62,832 nucleotides of DNA, filler included, from 6 parts of 6 records of this genome joined end to end with filler, not necessarily neighbours in it; one strand, 5' to 3'. Counted from the first letter of the whole stretch, positions 9,972-19,246 are shown. Translations and numbers: made by a program. The notes: generated from the sequence alone by a model not told the origin.

Positions 9972-10736
9972 TTAGCCGAAGTTACTCTGACGCTCTTTGG
10001 GAGCAACAAAGGCATGCAGTCGCTGTTCCATGAGTCGTGGGTTTTCACCTTCGAGAATGGCTTTCATCCCTTCCGTGACCAGAGTCTTATTCAACACTTC
10101 GCTCGCGGACCGGAGTTTCAATTTACCCGACATCGGGTTCGCAACAACGTTCGCAATAACAGCGCCATAAAAGGTGGTCAACAGGGCAACAGCCATCGCC
10201 GGCCCGATTGAGGAGGGATCACTCATGTTCTGCAGCATCTGCACCAGACCGATCAGGGTTCCGATCATTCCCATGGCCGGTCCATAAGCTGCGATTGTGG
10301 CAAAAATATCAGCTCCCTTGTCATGACGTTCCATGACATATTCGATCTCTTTTTCCAGCATATCCTTCAGGGCTTCCGGCTCCTGACCATCGACCGCCAT
10401 CTGCAACCCCTTGAGGAAGAACTCGTCATCAATTTCCCCCATTACCGACTGGAGTGAAAGAATCCCCTCTTTACGTGCCTTGCCAGCGTAAGTAATCAGT
10501 TTTTCAATGATCTCAACAGGCGGCTGTGATTTGTGGAAAAAAGCCTTCCGGGCGACACTAAAGGCTCCAAGAACATCTCCCATAGGGAAATGAACAAGGA
10601 CAGTTCCTGTCACGCCTCCAAAAACAATAATCATCGAGGCAACATCGATGAACATCATCAGCGATCCACCTTGCAGGATTGCTGAAAGCATCAACCCAAA
10701 CGCTGCCACCATACCAATAATTGTCGCGAGATCCAT
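9972..10736 (-). CDS. motA: Flagellar stator MotA/PomA
   Basis: ARKEGILSL, FLKGLQMAVDG, PAMGMIGTLIGLVQML, MAVALLTTFYG. Confidence 0.96.
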   Translation of the reverse strand: MDLATIIGMVAAFGLMLSAILQGGSLMMFIDVASMIIVFGGVTGTVLVHFPMGDVLGAFSVARKAFFHKSQPPVEIIEKLITYAGKARKEGILSLQSVMGEIDDEFFLKGLQMAVDGQEPEALKDMLEKEIEYVMERHDKGADIFATIAAYGPAMGMIGTLIGLVQMLQNMSDPSSIGPAMAVALLTTFYGAVIANVVANPMSGKLKLRSASEVLNKTLVTEGMKAILEGENPRLMEQRLHAFVAPKERQSNFG

Positions 10737-10829
10737 ATCTGTCCTCTATCCCGTATTTAATCGTTCATCCGATGAACGCATTCAACATTGTGACGCTTTT
10801 ATGACAAACTTAGCTCCGCCTAACTGTAT

Positions 10830-10845
10830 AGCAGGGAGCATGCCA
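10830..10845 (-). promoter_or_regulatory. Sigma54 (-24/-12) promoter for motA-fliR
   Basis: Minus strand TGGCATGCTCCCTGCT = GG-N10-GC. Confidence 0.75.
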
Positions 10846-10910
10846 CTTTAATAAATAATTATAATTATTTTTTTATGTCGATTTTTCAAACAGTTACACA
10901 ATAGAAACAG

Positions 10911-10950
10911 ACAAAAAAACAATGCCGTCTCTGCATTGCAGGACGGCATT
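10911..10950 (-). terminator. Intrinsic terminator after flgE
   Basis: AATGCCGTC...GACGGCATT hairpin followed by a T run on the minus strand. Confidence 0.75.
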
Positions 10951-10984
10951 ATCTTGTGATGTCATGTTTTTGACTTAATCATGT

Positions 10985-12337
10985 CTAGCGCTTCAGGTTA
11001 ATAACTTCCGACAACATCTCGTCCGTCGTCGTGATCGTTTTCGAGTTGGCCGAAAAACCACGTTGGGTTGTAATCATCTTGACAAACTCCTGAGCCAGAT
11101 CGACGTTTGACAGTTCGAGAGAGTTGGTAAAAATCGACCCAACACCAGAACCGACCGTTCCGATGATCGGCACACCCGAGTTAGTACTCTGTTCGTACAT
11201 GTTATTGCCGATCTTATCGAGGGCATTCGGGTTGGTGAATTTAGCCAGAGCGAGTCGCATCAATTTCCGCGGGGTCCCGTTAGAAAAGTTGCCGATGATG
11301 TTTCCGAACTCATCAACACTGAGTTGAACCAGTGTTCCCGTCCCGTAACCATCCTGTTCCTGAGAAACAACCACCGACGGGCTGGCGTACTGACTGGTCT
11401 GCATGTCGATCTCAACCTGCTGGGTTTGAACCGCGGTATTAGCCCAAGCCAAAGCACCTGCAGTCGTCTGTGCTGTCGGGCGTGGTAACACCGGGTCACT
11501 GTCCGCGTCGCCCGGTGTCGAATGCAGAGAGGTTCCATCAATTGTAATTAACCGCCCGCTGGCATCAAACTCAAGCGTTCCGTTACCGACGATGGCCAGC
11601 TCACCGGAGACACCACTCCCCGTAATCCCGGCGACCGCATTGATCTCACCGCCATCAACGACAGTGTTGTATTGCCAGTTCAGATCGGACGTTTTGGTGA
11701 AATAGGTGGTCATCAAATGGGTACTACCGAGGCTGTCATACACCTGTATCGACGTTGCGTAACTCGATGTTCCGGTTGGATCGGTCCGGTCGAACCCCGC
11801 CGCAATAGCGGAAGAATCGGAATCGAGGTTCGTGTTCAGATCAATATTTGCCGTTGGCCCTGCTGCCGTAAACGACTGCGTGTTTGCCTGAATCGGAATC
11901 AGATCACCAACAGTATTACCATCAGCATCGAGCTCAAATCCCATCAGATTAAAACCCTCCGGATTGACCATATAGCCATCGGCATCAAAGCGGAAAGCCC
12001 CGGCTCGGGTGTAGTTATTCACTGAGTTGCCGCCGGAAGGATCGCTGACAATAAAAAAACCATCGCCTTCGACCGCGAGGTCGGTGTTAGTCTCGGTATT
12101 TTCAAAGGTGCCCTGGCTGAAAATATTATCGACGATCGACAGGCCGACACCACGACCCACCTGCGAGGTACCACCAGAGCCGGAAATCTGACTCGAAAGC
12201 AAATCACCAAAGATCGCCCGGCTCGATTTGAAGCCGATGGTGTTGGCGTTGGCGATGTTGTTACCGATAACGCTCATGGCGTTCCCGTTGGCATTCAGAC
12301 CACTGACACCACTGTATAAAGAACTGGATACTCCCAT
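10985..12337 (-). CDS. flgE: Flagellar hook protein FlgE
   Basis: GVSGL...VIGNNIANANTIGFK, YTRAGAF, LELSNVDLAQEFVKMITTQRGFSANSK. Confidence 0.96.
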   Translation of the reverse strand: MGVSSSLYSGVSGLNANGNAMSVIGNNIANANTIGFKSSRAIFGDLLSSQISGSGGTSQVGRGVGLSIVDNIFSQGTFENTETNTDLAVEGDGFFIVSDPSGGNSVNNYTRAGAFRFDADGYMVNPEGFNLMGFELDADGNTVGDLIPIQANTQSFTAAGPTANIDLNTNLDSDSSAIAAGFDRTDPTGTSSYATSIQVYDSLGSTHLMTTYFTKTSDLNWQYNTVVDGGEINAVAGITGSGVSGELAIVGNGTLEFDASGRLITIDGTSLHSTPGDADSDPVLPRPTAQTTAGALAWANTAVQTQQVEIDMQTSQYASPSVVVSQEQDGYGTGTLVQLSVDEFGNIIGNFSNGTPRKLMRLALAKFTNPNALDKIGNNMYEQSTNSGVPIIGTVGSGVGSIFTNSLELSNVDLAQEFVKMITTQRGFSANSKTITTTDEMLSEVINLKR

Positions 12338-12353
12338 TTTTGTCTCCTTGTCG

Positions 12354-12407
12354 GAGCCGCGTCAATCGGTCGGCGGCTCGCGAACCTCCTCAAAGAGGAC
12401 CGGTTCG
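12354..12407 (-). promoter_or_regulatory. Candidate structured RNA in the flgE leader (two hairpins)
   Basis: CGAACC-GG-UCCUC-UUU-GAGGA-GGUUCG followed by GAGCCGC-CGACCGAUUGAC-GCGGCUC, immediately before the flgE SD (AAGGAG). Confidence 0.55.
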
Positions 12408-12408
12408 G

Positions 12409-12792
12409 TTAGGCAATAACTGCGCTGTCTATATTGGTAAAAACGTTATTCTTTAACTGTGCCCTGTCAACGACGGTCACAACCGTATCGTTTTTGACAC
12501 TGACAACCAGGGCGGTGTCATCAAGCATCACCAGGGATTCCTTGCCACCCTTGGCATTGACCTGTGATACAGCCGTTTCCAATCTCTCGATCTGACTGGC
12601 GTTAAACGCGATTCCACGACTGCTCATGCGATCGGTCGCGTGCTTCGAAAATTTGACCTGCTGGCCCTGTTCAATCCGATTCTGGAGCAGCTGATCGAAA
12701 CTGCCGCTGACCGCAGTCGACTTCCTGGCTTGATGACCCTGCGGTTGCGGCGGGGTTATCGGTTGCGGGATAATCGTGATGCGATCACTCAT
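12409..12792 (-). CDS. TIGR02530 flagellar operon protein (Flagellar_put)
   Basis: KFSKHA..RM..RGI, KGGKESLV, VSVKNDTVVT, NVFTNIDSAVI; between flgD and flgE. Confidence 0.9.
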   Translation of the reverse strand: MSDRITIIPQPITPPQPQGHQARKSTAVSGSFDQLLQNRIEQGQQVKFSKHATDRMSSRGIAFNASQIERLETAVSQVNAKGGKESLVMLDDTALVVSVKNDTVVTVVDRAQLKNNVFTNIDSAVIA

Positions 12793-13451
12793 AACGTAGC
12801 CCCGGCTCTTTCAACTTTGGCCATGGAGAAAGAACCCGATGTGGTTTCCAACTCGGCCACAGAGCCGCTCATATCAACCGCTTGAACCTGGCCTTTGACC
12901 AGGGGTGAAGACTCCACCAGGCGATCTTCCTCATCAACCGCACGGATCACCAGTGAATAGTCGCCCGGCTCCAACGGCACGCCTAAATCGCTCATCCCGT
13001 CCCAGTTAACAAAATATTCACCAGTCGCAGTTTCCTGACCTGTAACCGTAGCCAACGTGGAGCCTGCCTCACTCAAAATGTACATTTTCACGTCATCGGC
13101 CGGAGCCTCCAGGCGATAACCCAGATCAATGGCTTCACCACTGAAATGGAAACTATCTGTCTGAGCGACAACATCCTGACCGATCAGGCCAAGCGCGGAC
13201 ATCCGCCCCATCTCCGTACTCATCGACGTCAAGCCTTCCAGGCCCGTATTGATATTAGTCAACTGTTCAAGCTGACTGAATTGAGCCAGCTGAGCGGTAA
13301 ACTCAGTTGGATCAGACGGGTTCATCGGGTCCTGGTTTTCAAGTTGAGCCACCAGAAGCAGAAGGAAATCTTCCTTGCCCATCGATACATCTTCTGTACC
13401 TGTGGACGTTGTCGTGGTGTACCCGGTATTGATTCCGCTGATTGCTGACAT
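12789..13451 (-). CDS. flgD: Hook capping protein FlgD
   Basis: MGKEDFLLLLVAQLENQDPMNP, AQLAQFSQLEQ, WDG Ig-like domain. Confidence 0.96.
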   Translation of the reverse strand: MSAISGINTGYTTTTSTGTEDVSMGKEDFLLLLVAQLENQDPMNPSDPTEFTAQLAQFSQLEQLTNINTGLEGLTSMSTEMGRMSALGLIGQDVVAQTDSFHFSGEAIDLGYRLEAPADDVKMYILSEAGSTLATVTGQETATGEYFVNWDGMSDLGVPLEPGDYSLVIRAVDEEDRLVESSPLVKGQVQAVDMSGSVAELETTSGSFSMAKVERAGATL

Positions 13452-13483
13452 TTAGACCATTCTCCTTTCTTAAGATTTTGGTC

Positions 13484-15088
13484 TTACACGTGGAGGCTGA
13501 TGCCCCCGCCACCATTCTGAATCAGGTGGGCTAACGGGATCGCGTTTTCTTCCTGATCCTGCGTTGACTGATGATCGTTTCCTGTCTGCTGGAAGTCATC
13601 TCTTGAATTTTCCTGCGCCAGTTGATCAAATTCACTGCCTTGCTGACGCTGATCGAGGCCGACCTGAAACTGGTCGATCTTCAATCCCTGTTCAGCCAGG
13701 GCATTGCGCAACTGCGGAAGGTTCCGTTCCAGAACTTCCTGAACCTGCAACGTTTGTGCATGTAGATTCGCTCTGACACGATCCCCCTCAACCATGAGAT
13801 CGAGCTTTAACGAACCAAGCTCCGCCGGCTGAAGCCGAAGAATCATCCGTCCCGATTCGCCATTGTTGCTGCCCGAGATATGGGTCACGACCTGGTCAAA
13901 AATCTGACTTTCTGCAACCTGATGACCACTTGGAAGTTGAACCATCGGAGTTTGAGGCATAACCTTGGCGGCACCATTTTGTCCGGCGGTCACGATTCCC
14001 TGAGTGGCCCCTTGAACCACCTGTGCCAGTCGCTCCATCCCTTTCGGCAGAGGATTCCCTTCAAGCAGCTCCTTCAAACCACTTCCGTCGGTCGGACTGG
14101 TCGCACCTTCTGCGTCCGGCAGATCAATCACTGCGCTTTCGCTCGATGTCACATTCTTCGCAGCACTCTTTGTTTCCACCTGCTGGCGGAGACTCTGTTG
14201 CGGCTGAGCCTGCTGTGCCCGTGGTTTCAGAAGCTGAGCAAACCGTGGATCCATGCCCTCGGTCATGTCATCGGCGATGACCACCTCTTCCGTTGCTGTT
14301 TCAGATGTGGCATTTTCCGTTGTTGCTGCGGCATTCGTCTGCTGCGATTGAACGGCGTTGATCGCCCGTTGCAGAATCTCGCGTGCCTGAGCCATCGCTC
14401 CGACCTTTGACGATGTTTCTGTTGAAACGGCCACTCCGTTGTCAACGGCAACAGTCAATGCCGCGGGAATCTCTTCCCCCGTAAGCGGCTGCTGTTCCAA
14501 CTGCTGTTCCAACTGCAGTGCCAGCTGATCCGCCAACTGTTCCAGTGAAACCTCATCACCATCGACGACCACCTGCTGCACCTGCTGCACCTGCGCAACC
14601 TGTTCCACCAGTGCCGACAGGTCTACACCCGCCAGAACCTGCTCACCATGCAGATCACTCTCTTCAAGCTGCACGACCAGTTGGTTCAAAAGCTCCTGAG
14701 TCTCCGTGTCAGACGATTCCTCTTGACCGGCAACAACCTTCATCAACGCCACAAGTGTCTGCTGAAGTTTTGGTTGTACCTGCAAAAGCTGATCGTCTTC
14801 GACCGCAACGGCCAGAGATTCCTGACTAACGACATCAGCGTCCTGCACTTGCATTGACTGGGATTCATTTCCGTCGCTCAGTCCTGCTTTTTCAGCGGGT
14901 TTCTGCTGTGCGGAAGCGTTCCCATCCAGCTTCTGACTGGCATTGAGATCACGTTTCTCTGGCTGCCCCTGCTCCTGCATCACCGTTTTGAACGGTTTGC
15001 CTTTCGGCTCCGTCGTTTGCGCGGGAATGACCGTATCCATCGTGTTCTTTCCTGTATCGATCATGGACAATGCTTGCATCTGTTTCAC
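13484..15088 (-). CDS. fliK: Hook-length control protein FliK
   Basis: Long Q/E/A-rich region; C-terminal LRLQPAELG...LERNLPQLRNALAEQGL; upstream of flgD. Confidence 0.9.
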   Translation of the reverse strand: MKQMQALSMIDTGKNTMDTVIPAQTTEPKGKPFKTVMQEQGQPEKRDLNASQKLDGNASAQQKPAEKAGLSDGNESQSMQVQDADVVSQESLAVAVEDDQLLQVQPKLQQTLVALMKVVAGQEESSDTETQELLNQLVVQLEESDLHGEQVLAGVDLSALVEQVAQVQQVQQVVVDGDEVSLEQLADQLALQLEQQLEQQPLTGEEIPAALTVAVDNGVAVSTETSSKVGAMAQAREILQRAINAVQSQQTNAAATTENATSETATEEVVIADDMTEGMDPRFAQLLKPRAQQAQPQQSLRQQVETKSAAKNVTSSESAVIDLPDAEGATSPTDGSGLKELLEGNPLPKGMERLAQVVQGATQGIVTAGQNGAAKVMPQTPMVQLPSGHQVAESQIFDQVVTHISGSNNGESGRMILRLQPAELGSLKLDLMVEGDRVRANLHAQTLQVQEVLERNLPQLRNALAEQGLKIDQFQVGLDQRQQGSEFDQLAQENSRDDFQQTGNDHQSTQDQEENAIPLAHLIQNGGGGISLHV

Positions 15089-15127
15089 CTCCTTTCCTTT
15101 GATTTTTTTGTCTTGGGGTTAATGCCC

Positions 15128-15631
15128 CTAGTTATCCTTCACCGGTATTTCGGTAAAAGCCTTGCTCAATTCGGTTGCGGTTCCTTCGTCGAGACTGTCA
15201 AGGATTTTGCCTGCAACTTTCTTCTTGATCCCCAACAACAGATCTACGGCCAGCTGTTCATCCAATTCCTTGATCAGTGCGGCCGCTTTTTGCGGGTTCA
15301 TCTTTTCATAAATCCGACTCAACTCGCCGACCCGTTCGTTCTCGGCATCGTCTTTGCGATCCAGCAGTTTGACCAGTTCATCTCTCAATTTCTGCATCGC
15401 CGCGAGCTTCTTATCGACCTCTGCTTCCAGGGTCTTTAGCTGCATTTCACGGGTTTCGATCTTGGTCACCTTTTCATCCAGCTTGGCGTACTCATCCTCG
15501 ATAGAAACGAGAATACGTCTTTCCTCGACCGACGAGATTTTGTCGTCCTCCATCAGACCCGGCGTTTCAGCACTGACCGACACCGACAGACAACAAAGGA
15601 TCAACATCAAAACCAGAGCTCCCCTTTTCAT
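15128..15631 (-). CDS. MotE/FlbB-like (MgtE_N-like) periplasmic flagellar protein
   Basis: Signal/TM, coiled coil, LSRIYEKMNPQKAAALI...AGKILD. Confidence 0.8.
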   Translation of the reverse strand: MKRGALVLMLILCCLSVSVSAETPGLMEDDKISSVEERRILVSIEDEYAKLDEKVTKIETREMQLKTLEAEVDKKLAAMQKLRDELVKLLDRKDDAENERVGELSRIYEKMNPQKAAALIKELDEQLAVDLLLGIKKKVAGKILDSLDEGTATELSKAFTEIPVKDN

Positions 15632-16067
15632 GAGCCATCCCCTTTAGTACGCAGGCTGATTTCATCCAACATGGCCCGTTCCTGGCGGGTCAGCTCCTGA
15701 CGAAATTCAGCATCTTTCTTTTCTTTGAGTTTCTCCATAATCTGCCGATCGCGGCAGCCTTCTGCAAGTCATCCCGTTCTTCGACAATCCTCTGATCCAG
15801 CAGCTCAAGCTTCGCCTGCAGTTGCACGATAACGCGGCGACAATGACCGATCTGAGATTCGAACAGATCGATTTCGGCAACCGTCAAACCATCCTTCTGG
15901 CGTTCCCGAAGTTCTGCGTCATAGTGGCTGAGAGCGTTGTTCTGCTTCTGGATATCGGCCTCCAGATCAGAGCGCTGCTGCATGCTGGCCGCGAGGACCT
16001 GCTGCGCCTGATCTTCGATCGACTGCCGATAGTTGAGCACCGATTGCAGTTTAAATCGCGCGGCCAT
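15628..16067 (-). CDS. fliJ: Flagellar export chaperone FliJ, frameshift near 15752
   Basis: FKLQSVLNYR start; second frame continues DRQIMEKLKEK...ERAMLDEISLR to TGA at 15628-15630; follows fliI. Confidence 0.88.
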
Positions 16068-16070
16068 CGA

Positions 16071-17393
16071 TTAACGCCCTCCCCGTCTGCGGTCCTGTAA
16101 CAGATCTGCCAGAGATTCCGTTGTCGCCTCCAGAGTGACGGCATCATTCATCCCCTGCTGCAAGAACTGAAGAATCGCATCCATCTGTGAAATGGCGTAA
16201 TCGATCTTGCCGTTACTGCCTTCAGCGTAAGCACCGATATTGATCAAGTCTTCCGCTTCCTTATAAGTCGCCATAATTTCTCTGACCCGACCATTCAACT
16301 GCAAATGTTCAGGGCTGACGATGTCACGCATAACCCGACTGGCAGAATTGAGAATATCGATCGAGGGATAATGATTCCTGGCAGCAAGATCGCGGGACAG
16401 GACAATGTGCCCGTCAAGGATTGAACGGACCGCATCGGCGACCGGCTCGTTCATGTCATCTCCTTCAACCAGCACCGTGTAAAGACCGGTGATACTCCCT
16501 TTGCCTTTGAAATTTCCAGCCCGCTCAAGCAGCTTGGGCAATGTGGCAAATACCGATGGGGTATACCCTTTGGTCGTCGGCGGTTCACCAATCGCCAGCC
16601 CCACCTCACGCATGGCCATGGCAAAGCGCGTCACCGAATCCATCAACAACAGGACATTCTTTCCCTGGTTACAAAAATATTCCGCAATCGTCGTCGCAAC
16701 AAAAGCACCGCGCATCCGCAGCAGCGGAGACTGATCCGACGTCGCGGTAATCACGACGGAACGTTTCAACCCTTCCGGACCCAGATCACGCTCAATAAAT
16801 TCGCGCACCTCGCGGCCCCGCTCCCCAATTAATGCGATAACGTTAATATCAGCCTGGGTGTGTTTGGCCATCATGCCAAGCAGAACACTCTTGCCGACAC
16901 CAGACCCAGCCATGATTCCCATCCGCTGCCCAGTACCACAAGTGAGCAGGCCATTGATCGCCTGGACCCCCAGATCGAGTGGGTGGAGGATCGGCTTACG
17001 TAACATCGGGCTGGGAGGCAAAGCATACAGAGGGCATTCCTGCTCACAAGAGCCCAGGGGCCGCTCGTCGAGCGGTTGACCCAGCGCATCGAGGACCCGC
17101 CCCAAGAGATGATCGCCCACCGGAATCGTCGCGCTGTCGCGCACGACCTGAATCAGACTGCCCGGACCGAGCCCACGGAGATCCCCAAGAGGCATCAGAA
17201 GAGCGCGCGAGTCACGGAAACCAACAACCTCGGCCGGAACCGGGTCTCCACCACCAAGAGGGATCAGCTGACAGAGCGTCCCGACGGTCGCCGTCGGGCA
17301 GTATCCTTCGACAACCAGACCAACGATCTGGATCACCTTCCCGCTCACCTTCAGAGGGTTAACTGCTTTGACACACTCGACGAGATCGATCAT
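16071..17393 (-). CDS. fliI: Flagellar export ATPase FliI
   Basis: AGSGVGKS Walker A, IGERGREV, LLLMDSVTR, GEPPTTKGY. Confidence 0.97.
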   Translation of the reverse strand: MIDLVECVKAVNPLKVSGKVIQIVGLVVEGYCPTATVGTLCQLIPLGGGDPVPAEVVGFRDSRALLMPLGDLRGLGPGSLIQVVRDSATIPVGDHLLGRVLDALGQPLDERPLGSCEQECPLYALPPSPMLRKPILHPLDLGVQAINGLLTCGTGQRMGIMAGSGVGKSVLLGMMAKHTQADINVIALIGERGREVREFIERDLGPEGLKRSVVITATSDQSPLLRMRGAFVATTIAEYFCNQGKNVLLLMDSVTRFAMAMREVGLAIGEPPTTKGYTPSVFATLPKLLERAGNFKGKGSITGLYTVLVEGDDMNEPVADAVRSILDGHIVLSRDLAARNHYPSIDILNSASRVMRDIVSPEHLQLNGRVREIMATYKEAEDLINIGAYAEGSNGKIDYAISQMDAILQFLQQGMNDAVTLEATTESLADLLQDRRRGGR

Positions 17394-17499
17394 TCGGCAT
17401 CCGTAATCGCTTCATTCAGCGCAATTTGAATTGCCTCAAGTTGGGTTTCTATGGTCGCATCAACTTCACCAAGATCCGAATCGACCCGACATCCCCCGG
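17390..17499 (-). CDS. fliH: FliH C-terminal fragment
   Basis: GGCRVDSDLGEVDATIETQL...; stop overlaps the fliI start (ATGA). Confidence 0.8.
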
Positions 17500-17599
17500 N
17501 NNNNNNNNNNNNNNNNNNNNNNNNNNNNNNNNNNNNNNNNNNNTTAATTAATTAANNNNNNNNNNNNNNNNNNNNNNNNNNNNNNNNNNNNNNNNNNNN
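17500..17599. other. Artificial contig linker
   Basis: N44-TTAATTAATTAA-N44. Confidence 0.99.
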
Positions 17600-17631
17600 T
17601 TTTGATAATTAAAGTTTATATAATTTTATTA

Positions 17632-19053
17632 TTATGCTTTGACTTTTCTAGTTCCTTGTTTAAACTTTCTAATGCCGATACCATCTCTATTCCATACTCC
17701 GATTCCTGTAATTGCTAATATTATTGCAAAAAGAGGAGTTAAATAATTTAAAAATGCATACGGAATATAACTAAGGTCTATTCCTAATACTGCTTGTATA
17801 AACAAACAAGCACCTCCCCATGGAATAATTGAATTTGTTAAGGTATTAACATCTTCCAGAGTTCTTGAAAGTACTTTTGGATGAATATCCATGTCTTCGT
17901 AAGCTGGCTTAAACGCTCTACCTACAAGCATACTACCAACAACCATGTTTCCAGTTGCAATTACTATGGCGTAGCTAGCTCCTATTGTAGATAAAATAAG
18001 ACCTGTATGTGAGTTAATTTTCTTTAACATTGCTTCAACTATTACGTCAAGTACTTTAGCTCTCTCTAATATTCCTCCAATTGAGACAGCTATAATGATA
18101 AGCATGATAGAACTCATCATCATATTCATTCCACCTCTTGATAATATCTTATCCATAATAGCTAAACCTGTATCAGCTTTATATCCGGAAACCGAAACTT
18201 TCATAAATGTTTTAAAAGTTGTGCCCTGGCTGATCATAGCAACGATATAACTAAATACTGAAACACTTGCAAGTGTAAGTAAAGCAGGAACTTTTTTCAT
18301 AGAAAATATAAGTAAAAGAAGTAAAGGTAGTATTGTCAGTATTGATATATTAAAGTTTCCATCCAATGTTTCCAGTATTGAATTGATATAAGTTATATCT
18401 ACAGAACCATTTGAATATTTAAGTCCTAAGAAGGTATATAGAGCAGTAGAAACTATAGCAGCAGGAACAGTTGTCCATAGCATAGAACCTATATGTTCAA
18501 AAAGATCTGCTCCAGCCATTGCAGGTGCAATATTGGTAGTGTCAGAGATAGGAGACATTTTATCTCCAAAGAATGCACCTGAAACTATTGCACCAACAGT
18601 CATTGCAGTTGGCATTCCCAGACTTTCACCAATTCCCAAACAAGCTATTCCAATAGTAGATATTGTTCCAAATGATGTTCCTGTAGCTAGTGAACTAAGG
18701 CAAGCTAAAATAAAAGTAAGAGGTAAGAAAAATGATGGTGAAATTATCTTAACTCCGTAATATATCAGGGTAGGAACTGCTCCTCCTGTTATCCATATAC
18801 CGACAAGAATTCCTGAAAACACTAGTATCATAATAATTATTGCAGAATTTCCTATTGCTGTAACAATGGAATCCTGAATATCTTTCCACTTGTTTCCTAA
18901 ATAAAATGCTAAACCTCCTGCCGTCATAGCGCCGAGCATTAAAGGCATTTGCATTCCCGCTTTTAGTCTGAGAGCAAATATAATTACACCAATGACTAGA
19001 GCGAAACCAAATATCGCTTCCATTAAACTTGGTTTTCTACTTTCTTTCATCAT
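17632..19053 (-). CDS. nhaC: NhaC-family transporter (Na+/H+ antiporter or amino-acid transporter)
   Basis: GTSFGT, GAIVSGAFFGDKMSPISDTT, LSRGGM, LSRTLED, IPW motifs; start is one of several adjacent ATGs after GGAGG. Confidence 0.9.
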   Translation of the reverse strand: MMKESRKPSLMEAIFGFALVIGVIIFALRLKAGMQMPLMLGAMTAGGLAFYLGNKWKDIQDSIVTAIGNSAIIIMILVFSGILVGIWITGGAVPTLIYYGVKIISPSFFLPLTFILACLSSLATGTSFGTISTIGIACLGIGESLGMPTAMTVGAIVSGAFFGDKMSPISDTTNIAPAMAGADLFEHIGSMLWTTVPAAIVSTALYTFLGLKYSNGSVDITYINSILETLDGNFNISILTILPLLLLLIFSMKKVPALLTLASVSVFSYIVAMISQGTTFKTFMKVSVSGYKADTGLAIMDKILSRGGMNMMMSSIMLIIIAVSIGGILERAKVLDVIVEAMLKKINSHTGLILSTIGASYAIVIATGNMVVGSMLVGRAFKPAYEDMDIHPKVLSRTLEDVNTLTNSIIPWGGACLFIQAVLGIDLSYIPYAFLNYLTPLFAIILAITGIGVWNRDGIGIRKFKQGTRKVKA

Positions 19054-19108
19054 CATCAACCTCCTAAGTTGTTATTTAATATATAAAATTTTTATATAAT
19101 TGAAAAAT

Positions 19109-19160
19109 AAAAAAAGTCGCACTACTTCCATTTTAAATTAAATGAAAGTAAAACGACTTT
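19109..19160 (-). terminator. Leader terminator (attenuator) upstream of nhaC
   Basis: AAAGUCG...UACUUUCAUUU/AAAUGGAAGUA...CGACUUU stem plus U run, between promoter and start codon. Confidence 0.7.
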
Positions 19161-19246
19161 ATACCTTAATAGGGAAAATAAAGTTAAGCTTTATTTTAAT
19201 CTATTAAGCTGCCCATTACTTCTAAGCATATTATTGTTGTATATGA

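Noticed and set aside
14571-14602. 9-bp tandem repeat (ACCTGCTGC) in fliK
   Set aside because: Encodes low-complexity QVQ repeats expected in the FliK ruler region
6049-17429. Many alternative-frame and antisense ORFs over the flagellar genes
   Set aside because: Shadow ORFs of a GC-richer coding region with no recognisable motifs; fully overlapped by well-supported genes
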